Source: an uncultured Nitrospinota bacterium | GTDB lineage: Bacteria; Tectomicrobia; Entotheonellia; J063; CAVPRW01 | Assembly (NCBI GenBank): GCA_963707985.1 | Contig: CAVPRW010000031.1 | Span: forward strand, 224,001 to 288,000 | Reading direction: 5' to 3' | DNA length: 64,000 nucleotides | Shown here: in pieces, positions 21,197 to 31,614 of the stretch | How the letters are laid out: each line of letters begins with the position of its first letter | How positions within the stretch are numbered: the stretch's first letter is position 1 | Notes under the pieces: model-generated | Told to the model about the DNA's origin: nothing | Seen by the model: the letters and a program-made list of their open reading frames with translations, nothing else | Databases searched by the model: none | Position numbers and translations under genes: made by a program

Positions 21197-22348
21197 GTGC
21201 TGCCAAGACCGCATGGAGGACATTTGATTCGACGCATACACCGGGGAGCAGATCGCGACCGCCTGCTTGCAGAGGTCTTCCGACTGCCGCGTCTGGACGT
21301 CAACTCGGAAGTCGCCAGCGACATCGTCAACATCGGTAGTGGTGCTTTCAGCCCTCTGGAGGGATTCATGGGGCTGGACGACCTGCGCGCCACGCTCTTT
21401 GCGAAACGCCTCACCAGCGGCGTCCCCTGGACGATTCCGATCGTGCTGGATATCTCCCGCCAGCAGGCCAACCAACTCGGGGAAGCGGTGGGCCTATGGC
21501 ATGATGGCCACCCGTTGGCCCTGTTGGAGGGAGCACGCGCGTACAGCTACGACCGGCAAGAACTGGCGAAACAGGTCTTTGGGACCCAGGACCCCAAGCA
21601 CCCCGGCGTGGCAAACGTCCTACGCCTGCAAGAGTGCCTGCTGGGCGGCAACCTCCAGGTCTTTGGCGACATCGAAACCCCCTTGGCGCGTTATCGCCTC
21701 ACCCCGCTAGAGACGCGCGTCCTGTTCGAGGCTAAAGGCTGGCGCACGGTTGTGGGCTTTCAAACGCGCAACGTCCCACACCTCGGGCACGAATACGTGC
21801 AGAAGACGGCTTTGACCTTTGTGGATGGTCTCTTCATTCATCCGGTCATCGGCCGCAAGAAGGCTGGCGATTTCAAGGACGAGGTGATTTTACGGACCTA
21901 CGAGGCGCTCGTGCACCATTATTACTTGGGCGAACGCGCGGTGTTGGCCACTCTCCATACCGAGATGCGCTATGCCGGCCCGCGGGAAGCCATCTTTCAC
22001 GCCATCGTGCGGAAGAACTTCGGTTGCACCCATTTCATTGTCGGCCGTGACCATGCCGGAGTAGGCAACTACTATGCGCCGTACGCCGCGCAAGAGATCT
22101 TCGACGACTTTCCCGACCTCGGCATCATCCCGCTCTTTTTCACCGCCTTCTTTTACTGTCGGCGCTGCGCCAGTGTCGCCAACGACAAAACGTGTCCGCA
22201 CGGCGATGACGCCAGAGTGCAGTTTAGCGGCACACTGTTGCGCAGGCTCCTGTCCGAACGCCAGGCCCCGGACGGTCTCATTCGACCCGAGGTTGCTGAC
22301 ATTATCCTCAACCAGGACAATCCCTTCATGGAGGTGAACCACTCATGA
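21197..22348 (+). CDS. sat: Sulfate adenylyltransferase (Sat type)
   Basis: PHGG, FSPLEGFM, FQTRNVPHLGHE, MRYAGPREA, HFIVGRDHAG; GGAGG before GTG. Confidence 0.95.
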   Translation: MLPRPHGGHLIRRIHRGADRDRLLAEVFRLPRLDVNSEVASDIVNIGSGAFSPLEGFMGLDDLRATLFAKRLTSGVPWTIPIVLDISRQQANQLGEAVGLWHDGHPLALLEGARAYSYDRQELAKQVFGTQDPKHPGVANVLRLQECLLGGNLQVFGDIETPLARYRLTPLETRVLFEAKGWRTVVGFQTRNVPHLGHEYVQKTALTFVDGLFIHPVIGRKKAGDFKDEVILRTYEALVHHYYLGERAVLATLHTEMRYAGPREAIFHAIVRKNFGCTHFIVGRDHAGVGNYYAPYAAQEIFDDFPDLGIIPLFFTAFFYCRRCASVANDKTCPHGDDARVQFSGTLLRRLLSERQAPDGLIRPEVADIILNQDNPFMEVNHS

Positions 22349-23778
22349 AATGTTTAGTGATTGGACTCGATTGTGCCGCTCCCCAACTCGTGTTCGAGCA
22401 GTGGCGGGAGGAGTTGCCCACCCTGCGGGGCCTGATGGAGCATGGCGCGTATGGCCGGTTGGAGAGCACGCATCCACCGATCACTGTGCCAGCTTGGGCC
22501 TCGATGATGAGCAGCCGTGATCCCGGAGAACTCGGCATCTATGGCTTCCGGAATCGCAAGGATTACTCTTACGACGGGTACATCATCGCTAACGGCACTG
22601 CACTACGCTATGATCGGGTCTGGGATGTGTTGGGGCGGGACGGGAAACAGGTCATTCTGCTGGGTGTGCCACAGACGTATCCGCCTAAACCCATCAATGG
22701 CTACATGGTCACGGACTTTCTGACCCCTTCGACCAAAAGCGAGTACACGTATCCCTCCGAGCTCAAGCCAGAGGTCGAACGTGTCTCCGGTGGCTATGTC
22801 CTCGACGTCGAGGATTTTCGTACTCCCGACAAAGAGGCGCTCCTCAAGCGTGTCTATACCAAGACAGAAAAACATTTTCGTGTCGCCAAGCATTTGATCC
22901 ATAACAAACCCTGGGATTTCTTCATGCTGGTGGAGCTGGGTGTCGACCGGATTCATCACGGCTTCTGGAGCTATATGGATCCGACCCATCCGAAGTATGA
23001 AGCCGGGAACCCCTTTGAGCATGCCATTCGCGATTACTATCGCTATGTCGATCGCGAGGTGGCTGAGCTCCTCGACCTCACTCCCAACGACACGGTGGTG
23101 ATGGTCGTGTCCGATCATGGCGCCAAGAAGATGGACGGCGGCATCTGCTTTAATGAATGGCTCATTGAGCAAGGTTTTCTCTCCGTGGTGAGCTATCCGG
23201 AGCAGCCCACGCCCATTGATAAGGTGACGATCGACTGGTCGAAGACAAAGGCCTGGGGCGACGGCGGCTACTATGGGCGTCTGTTCCTCAATGTCCGCGG
23301 CCGCGAGCCACAGGGGATCGTGGCGCCGGAGGATTATGAGCGCGTCCGAGAGGACCTCATCGAGCGCATCGCCGCCATCACCGACCCGCAGGGGCGTAAT
23401 CTTGGCTCCCGGGCCTATCGGCCGCAGGAACTGTACCGCACCGTCAACGGCGTGCCGCCCGACCTGATCGTCTATTTCGGCGACCTGCATTGGCGTTCCG
23501 TCGGCAGCGTCGGTCTGGGCAGCATGTACACCTTCGATAACGACACCGGACCCGATGAGGCGAATCACGACTGGCACGGCATCTTTATCTTAAATGAGGC
23601 CGGCTGCCGACTGGGCCAGGTTGAGCCAGGGTATAAGGAAGGCTTACGGCTGTATGATGTGGGCCCGACTATTCGCAACCTTTTCGGCTTGCCGCCAGAC
23701 CCAGAGGCGGTGGGGCGGAGTCTGACCGCTTACCAGCCAGGCTTGGGGGCGCGGGTGAAACAGTGGTGGCGGGGGTAA
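22345..23778 (+). CDS. Third AlkP superfamily (COG3379-like) protein, intact, translationally coupled to sat
   Basis: IGLDCA, ESTHPPITVPAW, DRIHH, VSDHG, LNVRGREP, DEANH; ATGA overlap with the sat stop. Confidence 0.9.
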   Translation: MKCLVIGLDCAAPQLVFEQWREELPTLRGLMEHGAYGRLESTHPPITVPAWASMMSSRDPGELGIYGFRNRKDYSYDGYIIANGTALRYDRVWDVLGRDGKQVILLGVPQTYPPKPINGYMVTDFLTPSTKSEYTYPSELKPEVERVSGGYVLDVEDFRTPDKEALLKRVYTKTEKHFRVAKHLIHNKPWDFFMLVELGVDRIHHGFWSYMDPTHPKYEAGNPFEHAIRDYYRYVDREVAELLDLTPNDTVVMVVSDHGAKKMDGGICFNEWLIEQGFLSVVSYPEQPTPIDKVTIDWSKTKAWGDGGYYGRLFLNVRGREPQGIVAPEDYERVREDLIERIAAITDPQGRNLGSRAYRPQELYRTVNGVPPDLIVYFGDLHWRSVGSVGLGSMYTFDNDTGPDEANHDWHGIFILNEAGCRLGQVEPGYKEGLRLYDVGPTIRNLFGLPPDPEAVGRSLTAYQPGLGARVKQWWRG

Positions 23779-23940
23779 AGGAAGGCAACAAGACAGGTGC
23801 CTCCAGCGAAGACTGCAGCCCGCCCGCGACTGGCGGGCTGAGCCCTCGACATCTCATCCGCTGCGATCACCTCACGTCATAGGCGCCGACACTCGCCTCA
23901 TGAGATTCCCCTGCCAGTCATACCCATAGGTCATCACCCC

Positions 23941-24438
23941 ATGTGCGTAACGAAGTCATACAACATGACCAGGCCACCGGAGGACATGCCCATGAACCCT
24001 GGACCTAGCGAACACCAGTCAGGTCTCACCTCAACGGACTTCGACAGCCTCGTGCTGCAGTCATCCCTGCCCACGCTGGTCATCTTCGAGAATCCCTCGT
24101 CCATGGCACTGATCCCGGGGCTTGACCAATTAGCAACGACCTTCACAGGGATCTCGCGTCTGGTCAGGGTGGACCTGGCGACGCACCTTGAGCTAGCAGC
24201 ACGTCTCAAAATCAGAGTTGCTCCCACCTTACTCTTCTTTAAGGGGGGAAGGCTGGTCGAGTTTATAGTGGGCCCCGTGCCGACCCAGTTCATTGTCGAA
24301 ATGGTGGCAAATTGCCACCTCTGTCAGCCACCTCTTTTGCAGGGAACGCATCGTCACCGTGGGCGCAAATCAGCGCATCGAGTGGTGCACAGTAAATCAC
24401 CCGAAAGGCCATTTGGCACGCTTGTGGGACGACCTTGA
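23941..24438 (+). CDS. Thioredoxin-fold protein lacking CxxC (possibly degenerate)
   Basis: DFDSLVLQSSLPTLVIF, LAARLKIRVAPTLLFFKGG; active-site region reads ENPSSMAL. Confidence 0.5.
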   Translation: MCVTKSYNMTRPPEDMPMNPGPSEHQSGLTSTDFDSLVLQSSLPTLVIFENPSSMALIPGLDQLATTFTGISRLVRVDLATHLELAARLKIRVAPTLLFFKGGRLVEFIVGPVPTQFIVEMVANCHLCQPPLLQGTHRHRGRKSAHRVVHSKSPERPFGTLVGRP

Positions 24439-24479
24439 AACAAGCGAATCCCCTCAGCGCACCTAAAGGCACTGGTGAG

Positions 24480-24760
24480 CGAGTTGGTTCTCCATCTGCT
24501 TTACCTCCATGAAATGCGTCCGCTCCCATGCGGACCATCCCCGCTCGCCTCACGATGAGACAGTAGGCGAGGAGCCCCTGGCTGGCCCAGACGTTGGCGT
24601 TGTGCACCAGGGCATTGAGTTACGTCAGCATCTGCTGCGCGGCAAAGCCCTGCTGGCGACGTTTGATCATGCCCAATCCTGCATATCGCCTTTGCTGGGG
24701 ATTTCCATCCTACCGCCGCGCTGATCAGAGAGAAGCACAAAGGCCACATGACCGCCATCG
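24480..24760 (-). pseudogene. Degenerate transposase C-terminal remnant
   Basis: DQRGG.ME...GLGMIKRRQQGFAAQQML*..LVHN..VWA resembles DDE transposase C-termini; contains stops and frameshifts. Confidence 0.45.
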
Positions 24761-24879
24761 GGACGTTCATATGGATCCGCTCGCGACAGGTAAGGCCACC
24801 ACCGATTTTGACCAACGTCCTACCCAGCAATACGTTGCCGCTAGTGTGGGCGAAAATTAGGTACCTAAGGAAAACAGGA

Positions 24880-26406
24880 ATGAGACAGAGAGTCAATCGT
24901 CGTCAGGCGCTCAAGCTCATTGGCGGGACGGTTGCGACCCTGCCCTTAAGGAAACTGGCAGGCGGGGCAAATATAATACCGGGAGGCGCCGCGCCACGCA
25001 CCGCGCCCAACATCATTCTCATCCTGACGGATGATCAACAACAGGCTGCAATGAGTGCTTACGGTAACCAAATTCTCCAAACACCGAATATGGATCGTAT
25101 CGCATCAGAGGGCATCCGTTTCACTGAAGCGTTTGTCACCAACTCGCTCTGTGCGCCGAGTCGCGCGTCTATCCTCACGGGACTTTACTCACACGCACAT
25201 GGCGTCATAACCAACGGAGGCGGCCCCACAAGCTGGAATCAACCTGGGTTTCGGGACGACCAGATAACCTTCGTTCACTTGCTTCGGCAGGTTGGTTATC
25301 ATACGGCGCTCGCAGGCAAGTGGCATCTTCGCTCTTGGCCTACAGGCTTCGACCAGTGGATCATCTTGCCCGGACAAGGTGTTTACCAAGATCCTGAGAT
25401 GATTGCGAATGGCGTCCGTGTGAAGTTTCGCGGTCACGTCGAGGATGTGATAGGTGATCAGGCACTCACTTTCCTGCAGCAGAAGCCAAAGGACAAACCG
25501 TTTTGCCTGCTCTACCAATTCAAAGCGCCTCATAGATCGTGGCTTCCTGCCAGTCGGTTCGAGAAGATGTTCGAGGATGTAGAGATACCAGTTCCACGTA
25601 CGTTCGAGGATCGTTTGGAAGGACGACCCGAAGCCGTCCGCAAAGCGGAGATGGCCATAGCGGACATACCGGATTTCAGCGATCGGGGCGTGCCAGAGTC
25701 ATTACCTCGTGAGGAGCGGAAGCGGAGAAATCTGCAACTTCTCGTTAAGAATTACTATCGCGTCTTGCTCGGCGTCGATGAAAATGTCGGTAGAGTATTA
25801 GATTTTCTTGACACGAACGGTCTCACAGAAAACACCGTGATCGTATACACATCAGACAATGGGTTCTTCTTAGGTGAGCATGGCCTCTTTGATAAACGCT
25901 TGATGTATGAGCCGTCAATCCGCGTGCCGATGATGCTACGCTTCCCAGCGCGCGTACACGCAGGCCATACGGACACAAACCACATGGTTTTGAATATCGA
26001 TATTGCATCGACCCTTTTGGAATTGGCGGGTGTACCCGTCCCCTCGTGGATGCATGGACGGAGTTGGCTTCCCATACTCGAAGGAGGGGAAACGCCATGG
26101 CGCGATGCTTTTCTCTATGAATACTATGAGTACCCAGCGATGCATTGTGTCCGCAAGAATCGGGGCGTGCGGACCGATCAATGGAAACTTATGCACTTCT
26201 GGGAGCAGCCCGAGGAATGGGAGCTTTACAACCTTCAGAACGACCCTGACGAAACGAAGAATCTGGCTGCTCGCGCTGAACATGCTGACCGCCTCAGACA
26301 ACTGCAGTCGAAACTCGAAGGGCTCCGGCGTGAGGTTGGCGATGTTGATCCGCCAGGCCCTGCTCCAGCTGTTGTTTCCTGTACGAGCGGCATCGGAAAT
26401 AAGTGA
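24880..26406 (+). CDS. Formylglycine-dependent (Cys-type) sulfatase with Tat signal
   Basis: NRRQALK twin-arginine leader; PNIILILTDD, CAPSRASILTG, GKWH, SDNG, DKR. Confidence 0.92.
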   Translation: MRQRVNRRQALKLIGGTVATLPLRKLAGGANIIPGGAAPRTAPNIILILTDDQQQAAMSAYGNQILQTPNMDRIASEGIRFTEAFVTNSLCAPSRASILTGLYSHAHGVITNGGGPTSWNQPGFRDDQITFVHLLRQVGYHTALAGKWHLRSWPTGFDQWIILPGQGVYQDPEMIANGVRVKFRGHVEDVIGDQALTFLQQKPKDKPFCLLYQFKAPHRSWLPASRFEKMFEDVEIPVPRTFEDRLEGRPEAVRKAEMAIADIPDFSDRGVPESLPREERKRRNLQLLVKNYYRVLLGVDENVGRVLDFLDTNGLTENTVIVYTSDNGFFLGEHGLFDKRLMYEPSIRVPMMLRFPARVHAGHTDTNHMVLNIDIASTLLELAGVPVPSWMHGRSWLPILEGGETPWRDAFLYEYYEYPAMHCVRKNRGVRTDQWKLMHFWEQPEEWELYNLQNDPDETKNLAARAEHADRLRQLQSKLEGLRREVGDVDPPGPAPAVVSCTSGIGNK

Positions 26407-26481
26407 CTCGAGGACTGAATACAAGTTGTGCGATCTTACATGTAAGTACAGCAGCCTTCCTGGCACATGGAGGCTTTGATG

Positions 26482-27327
26482 ATGACAATGACGAGAACAC
26501 GTCGGGTGCTGCCAGGGTTTGGGATCACGCTGGGGTTCACCTTGCTGTATCTGAGCCTCATCGTCCTGATTCCGCTGTCGACGGTATTGCTGAAAACGGC
26601 CACGTTGAGCTGGAGCGAATTCTGGGCCACAGTCACCTCCGCTCGCACCTTGGCTGCCTATCGCCTCAGCCTCGAGACCGCCTGGATCGCTGCCTCAGTG
26701 AATGTCATCGCTGGCCTCCTGGTGGCGTGGGTACTGGTGCGATACCGTTTTCCTGGGAAGCGCTTCATCGATGGCCTGGTGGACCTGCCGTTTGCGCTGC
26801 CGACCGCGGTGGCAGGCATCGCGCTCACCAGTCTCTACGCCAGCAACGGCTGGATTGGTAGCTACCTCGAGGCCTTGGGCCTCAAGATCGCCTATACGCC
26901 AACAGGCATTGTCATTGCCCTCATCTTCATCGGGCTGCCCTTCGTGGTCCGGACGGTTGAGCCGGTGCTGCAGGATTTCGATGCCGCCGTTGAGGAGGCA
27001 GCGGCAAGTCTTGGGGCGAGTCGTTGGCAAACCTTCATGCGGGTGATCATGCCCGAGCTCTTGCCGGCGCTCTTAACCGGATTTGCGCTGGCGTTTGCCC
27101 GCGGGCTTGGGGAGTATGGCTCGGTGATTTTTATCGCCGGTAATCTGCCGCTGCGCACAGAAATCACGCCGCTGTTGATCATGATCAAGCTCGAACAGTT
27201 CGACTATGCGGGCGCGACAGCCATAGCGTTGGTCTTCCTCAGCCTCTCCTTCGCGCTCCTGTTGGGCATCAACGTCCTGCAATGGAAACGGAGTGCGTCA
27301 GCACTCGCCGCCAAGGAGACCCGTTAG
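26482..27327 (+). CDS. cysT: Sulfate ABC transporter permease CysT
   Basis: [44 protein letters not shown]. Confidence 0.95.
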   Translation: MTMTRTRRVLPGFGITLGFTLLYLSLIVLIPLSTVLLKTATLSWSEFWATVTSARTLAAYRLSLETAWIAASVNVIAGLLVAWVLVRYRFPGKRFIDGLVDLPFALPTAVAGIALTSLYASNGWIGSYLEALGLKIAYTPTGIVIALIFIGLPFVVRTVEPVLQDFDAAVEEAAASLGASRWQTFMRVIMPELLPALLTGFALAFARGLGEYGSVIFIAGNLPLRTEITPLLIMIKLEQFDYAGATAIALVFLSLSFALLLGINVLQWKRSASALAAKETR

Positions 27328-27329
27328 CC

Positions 27330-28229
27330 GTGTCTATCGCAGGTAAGCTCACTGCTGGAACGGGGGCGGCGCCTACGGCCCTGACGGAACCGGGCGTGAT
27401 CCGCTGGGGTCTGATTGGGCTGGCTCTAGCCTACCTTGGAATATTCCTGGTGGTACCACTGCTGGCGATATTCGTCAAAGCTTTGCAGCAAGGCATTGCC
27501 GTCTATTGGTCCGCCATTAGTGATCCGGTCGCGCTGGCAGCCATTCAGCTCACACTGCTGACCGCAGCCATCGCGGTGCCGCTGAATGTGCTCTTTGGGC
27601 TGATGGCCTCATGGACAGTGGCGAAGTTCGAATTCCCCGGCAAACATCTTTTGATCACGTTGATCGACCTGCCGTTCAGCGTCTCGCCCGTCATCTCCGG
27701 GATGATCTTTGTGTTGTTGTGTGGCCGGCAAGGGGTGTTTGGTCCCTGGTTGGCGGAGCATGAGATCAAGATCGTGTTCGCCCTCCCTGGTATCGTTCTG
27801 GCCACGATCTTTGTGACCTTTCCCTATGTGGCGCGCGAGTTGATCCCGCTCATGCAAGCGCAAGGCAGCGATGAAGAAGAGGCGGCCTTGACTCTTGGCG
27901 CCAACGGCTGGCAAACCTTCTGGCGCGTCACGCTGCCCAGCGTGAAATGGGGGCTGCTGTACGGCGTCATTCTGTGTAATGCCCGGGCCATGGGGGAATT
28001 TGGCGCGGTCTCGGTCGTGTCCGGACATATTCGTGGACTCACCAACACCATCCCTCTCCACGTGGAAATTCTCTACAATGAGTACCAGTTTACCGCCGCG
28101 TTTGCGGTGGCGTCGCTGTTGTGCCTACTGGCCCTGGTGACCTTGATCGCCAAGCATGCGGTCGAACGGAAGATGGGACAGCATGCGACTCGTGCCACGC
28201 CAGAGCCCACCAGGAGACAGGTGCCATGA
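27330..28229 (+). CDS. cysW: Sulfate ABC transporter permease CysW
   Basis: [43 protein letters not shown]. Confidence 0.95.
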   Translation: MSIAGKLTAGTGAAPTALTEPGVIRWGLIGLALAYLGIFLVVPLLAIFVKALQQGIAVYWSAISDPVALAAIQLTLLTAAIAVPLNVLFGLMASWTVAKFEFPGKHLLITLIDLPFSVSPVISGMIFVLLCGRQGVFGPWLAEHEIKIVFALPGIVLATIFVTFPYVARELIPLMQAQGSDEEEAALTLGANGWQTFWRVTLPSVKWGLLYGVILCNARAMGEFGAVSVVSGHIRGLTNTIPLHVEILYNEYQFTAAFAVASLLCLLALVTLIAKHAVERKMGQHATRATPEPTRRQVP

Positions 28230-29379
28230 GCATCGAGCTGCAGGGCATCACAAAAACCTTCGGTGACTTCACAGCTCTCCATGACGTGCAGTGCACCATT
28301 GCCACCGGCAAACTGGTCGCGCTGCTTGGGCCCTCCGGCTCTGGGAAGACGACGCTCCTGCGTATCATCGCTGGCCTCGAAGTACCGGAGCGCGGCAGCT
28401 GTGCTGTTCGAAGGCGCGGATGTGACGCATCGACGTGCGAGCGACCGGCACGTGGGGTTTGTCTTTCAACATTACGCGCTGTTTCGGCATCATGACCGTG
28501 TTTGAAAACATCGCCTTTGGACTGCGCGTCAAGCCCCGTCGCGAGCGGCCTTCAGAGACTGTGCTGACAGCCAGAGTGCGAGAGCTCCTGCGACTCGTAC
28601 AGCTTGAGCCGCTGGCCAGGCGGTATCCCTCGCAGCTGTCGGGGGGACAGCGTCAGCGTGTAGCGCTCGCCAGAGCCCTGGCTGTCCAACCGCAGATCTT
28701 GTTGCTTGATGAACCATTTGGCGCCCTGGATGCCAGGGTCAGGCAGGAGTTGCGGCGCTGGCTCAGGCGGTTGCACGATGACATCGGCATTACCAGCGTC
28801 TTCGTCACGCATGACCAGGAGGAGGCGCTGGAGCTTGCCGATAGTGTCGTGGTCATGCGCGAGGGCCACATCGAGCAGATCGGTACCCCTGAGGAGGTCT
28901 ACGAACATCCGGCGACCCCCTTCGTCTATCGCTTTCTTGGCAATGTCAACCTGTTTCACGGGCGCATGGAAGCCGGCACGGTGCACGTCGGGGATTTCAC
29001 TCTGGAATTGCCGCTGGGAACACCACCAGAGGCGACTTCTGCCGCGATGCTCCGCCGCTATGTCGAAGACAGTGGGGAGTACTGCGCCTTTCCGCATGCC
29101 ATCCCGGCCATGGTATTTGCCCGGCCCCATCTCTTGGAGATCGAGCATCGGCCGACCGCCCAGCCCCACTTCCGGGCCACCATTACCCACCTCAACGCCG
29201 CCGGGCCTGTCGTCAAGGTCGAGCTCACCACCTCGAGCGGGGCGGCGGTGCATGTCGAGCTGTCCCAGGAGCGCTACCGTCAGCTACAATTGCAGAAAGG
29301 CATCGAGGTGTTCGTCAGTGTGAAGGATATGCACGTCTTCACCGAGGACTCTGGCATGATCGCGGAGGACGTCGAATAG
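28226..29379 (+). CDS. cysA: Sulfate ABC transporter ATP-binding subunit, frameshifted near 28400-28490
   Basis: [35 protein letters not shown]-terminal TOBE-like domain. Confidence 0.9.
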
Positions 29380-29591
29380 CTGCCCATTGAGTTCCAGGTC
29401 CCGCATTACCCCGCTCGGCGCATCCCATCACCTTCCCTCGCCGTGAATGCCCCTCCTTGCAGCGGCCGCGTCGCCGTGTCCATGAATCTCCGCCAATCAC
29501 CTGGTCGTCGGGGACGGTAAGGTCGATAAAGACCGGGTCTCCATACGCTAAATCAGACCACACACGATGCGTGCACATGATCGGCAGCGGC

Positions 29592-29647
29592 AAATCCCCC
29601 AGCGCGTCGCACTCCCCCTTTGACAAAGGGGGGCAGGGGGGATTTTT
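29592..29647. repeat. G/C-tract palindromic element (REP-like)
   Basis: AAATCCCCC...CCCCCTTTGACAAAGGGGG..GGGGGGATTT nested inverted repeat. Confidence 0.5.
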
Positions 29648-29700
29648 CTAGCGACGGCACACACCGGTGTCCCAATGTCGTGTGGTTCGATGTTAGCCGT

Positions 29701-29935
29701 TCGCTCGATCCGCGCCCAGGTATCCATCGGCGGCATCATGTGAGTCGACTGGTGATGCAACACGCCGTGAAGGCGGCTAGACGGAAAGCAACGATCGCCG
29801 AGGCTGCGAGCTGTCATACCTCTCGGCACTCGTGTGCCACACATGGGCCCGAAGTCTGTCCCGATATTCGGACGGTCCAGGCATGACTCGGCCATAGGGA
29901 CGTGAACATCACGATGATCTCTACGCACATTCGGA
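29701..29935 (+). pseudogene. intI: Integron integrase C-terminal fragment (inactive)
   Basis: DPRPGIHRRHH (IntI-specific insertion region), AVKAA, SCHTSRHSCATH, DIRTVQA*LGHRDVNITMISTH; internal stop, and catalytic Tyr replaced by Ser. Confidence 0.8.
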
Positions 29936-30123
29936 GCACCACCTGCCATCAGCGGTCTTAGCCGACTACCTGGCTCCAGTGTAGACAGAGGCGCCGGCCT
30001 TGACCATGATGCACCCCTCGCAGCCGGGGGACACATCCAGGCTGATCGCGAAGGGCGTTGAGCGGGTGGAGCCCGTGACCGCGGAGGTGGCTGCGAAGTC
30101 GCACAACGGTACAGACCGGGTAC

Positions 30124-31095
30124 ACTGGTGACCGTTTAGACCGGCAACATCGGTGACCGTCTGCTCAGGTGCAGGCGCATCAGGAGGTGCGCCATGCCGT
30201 GGAAAGAGACCGAGCCGATGATTGAACGCACGCAGTGCATCGCGGCTTACCTGAGCCACGTATACTCTATGACCGAGCGCTGCGAGCGCTTCGGCATGCG
30301 TCGCCACACCGGCTCCACGTGGGTACGCCGCTGATACCGCGCAACGGACCGGCGGGGCTCCCGGAGCAGAGCCGTGCGCCACACCGCTCCCCCCACCGTA
30401 TGTCAGAGGCGGTGGCAGCGGTCCTCTTGGAAGCCAAACGGGCTCACCGGCACTGGGGTCCGCGCCAGATGCTGCCTGACCTCGCACGCCGTCGGCCGGA
30501 CCTGGCCCGGCCGGCGCCGCGCACCGTGGGCGCGCGGTGCCAACGCGCCGGCTGAAGGCAAGCGCGCACACGCCGCCGGGGGCACCGACAGCCAGGGGCC
30601 ATCGCCGTGCAGGCCGAGCCCCCGAACGCCGTCTGGACGGCGGACTGCAAGGGCCCGTTCCGCCCTGGCGCTGGCCTCTCCTGCTCCCCCTTGACGGTGG
30701 CCGACGCCTACCGCCGCTTTCTCTGAGGTGGCTCGGCGCGGCTCTCGACCCAGCAGGTGGAGGCCCGCCCCATCTTCGCGCCCCTGTTCCCGGACGATGG
30801 CCTGCCCGACGCGATGCGCACGGACAACGGCCCGCCATTCGCCACCCCGGCCTTCTGCGGCCTGAGCCAGCTCTCCGTGTGGGGGATCACGCTTGGCAGC
30901 CGCCCTCAACGCCTTGAACCGGGGCGCCCAGAGCAGCACGGGGCACACGAGCGCAGGCACCGCCCCCTCCAACGCTGAAGCCACCCGGCCACCGGCGCAC
31001 CACCAGGCGGCACCACCAGCACGCGTCGACCGCTGCCGCCGTGCGTACAACGACGAGCGCCCCCATGACGCCCTGAACCACAGGACACCGGCCGC
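30124..31095 (+). mobile_element. Degenerate IS481-family element
   Basis: MPWKETEPM.ER..IAAYL..SMTE.CERFG at 30194; PNAVWTADCKG, RTDNGPPFA, YNDERPHDAL; many stops; GTGACCGT repeats upstream. Confidence 0.75.
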
Positions 31096-31564
31096 AACGG
31101 GATGGAGCAGCGCTTGGTCATCCGTCCGTGCCCGTTGGCCCGGGCCGGGCAGGGGGGAGCGCCCACTGCGGCGGCGACGCCTGCCGGGATGCGCCAAAGC
31201 CTGTGGCCGGAGTGAGGCGTGGAGGTGACGGCCAGCGTTGCAGGAAGCAGTGGCTACGGCCAAGACCACGCTGGCCGTGTTATCTGTCGGCAGCCCAACA
31301 GGGGCCACGGCTCATCTGACGGCTGAACACCTGCTGGATGCCTTTCAAGGCCTGATGCCCACCATCATCCGGGAAGGCCGTCGTCGGCGCCGTCATCTCA
31401 CGCCTCTTGCTCACCTGCACCAAGGGTCCTCGGGCTCCTGGACTTCTCGGCGGACATTTACACGCGCCTCTGTGCCGATTCTCGCAAACTGCCCTGAAAA
31501 TGAGCGAACCATGAGCAGAAAGTAAGGACTAGGACAATCTAGGTTCAAAAGGCTAGCGTGAGCT

Positions 31565-31614
31565 GCCGAACCCGAGCTTGGAGTGCACAAGAATGAGTCT
31601 CTCAGATTTTAGGC
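31565..31614 (+). other. Possible degenerate attC site
   Basis: GCCGAAC-N5-TTGGAGTGCAC ... CTCAG..TTTAGGC resembles the other attC ends but is short and imperfect. Confidence 0.35.

Noticed and set aside
22603..23577. 324-aa antisense ORF and similar long overlapping ORFs elsewhere
   Set aside because: They lie opposite well-supported genes, have no motifs, and are expected from GC-rich codon bias.
28380..28495. Programmed frameshifting in cysA and other split genes
   Set aside because: No consistent slippery sites, several genes need multiple shifts, and these families are not known to use recoding. Sequencing error is more likely.
29966..31308. Long minus-strand ORFs (290 and 301 aa)
   Set aside because: Antisense shadows of the very GC-rich degenerate IS481 transposase; low-complexity Arg/Ala/Gly/Pro translations.
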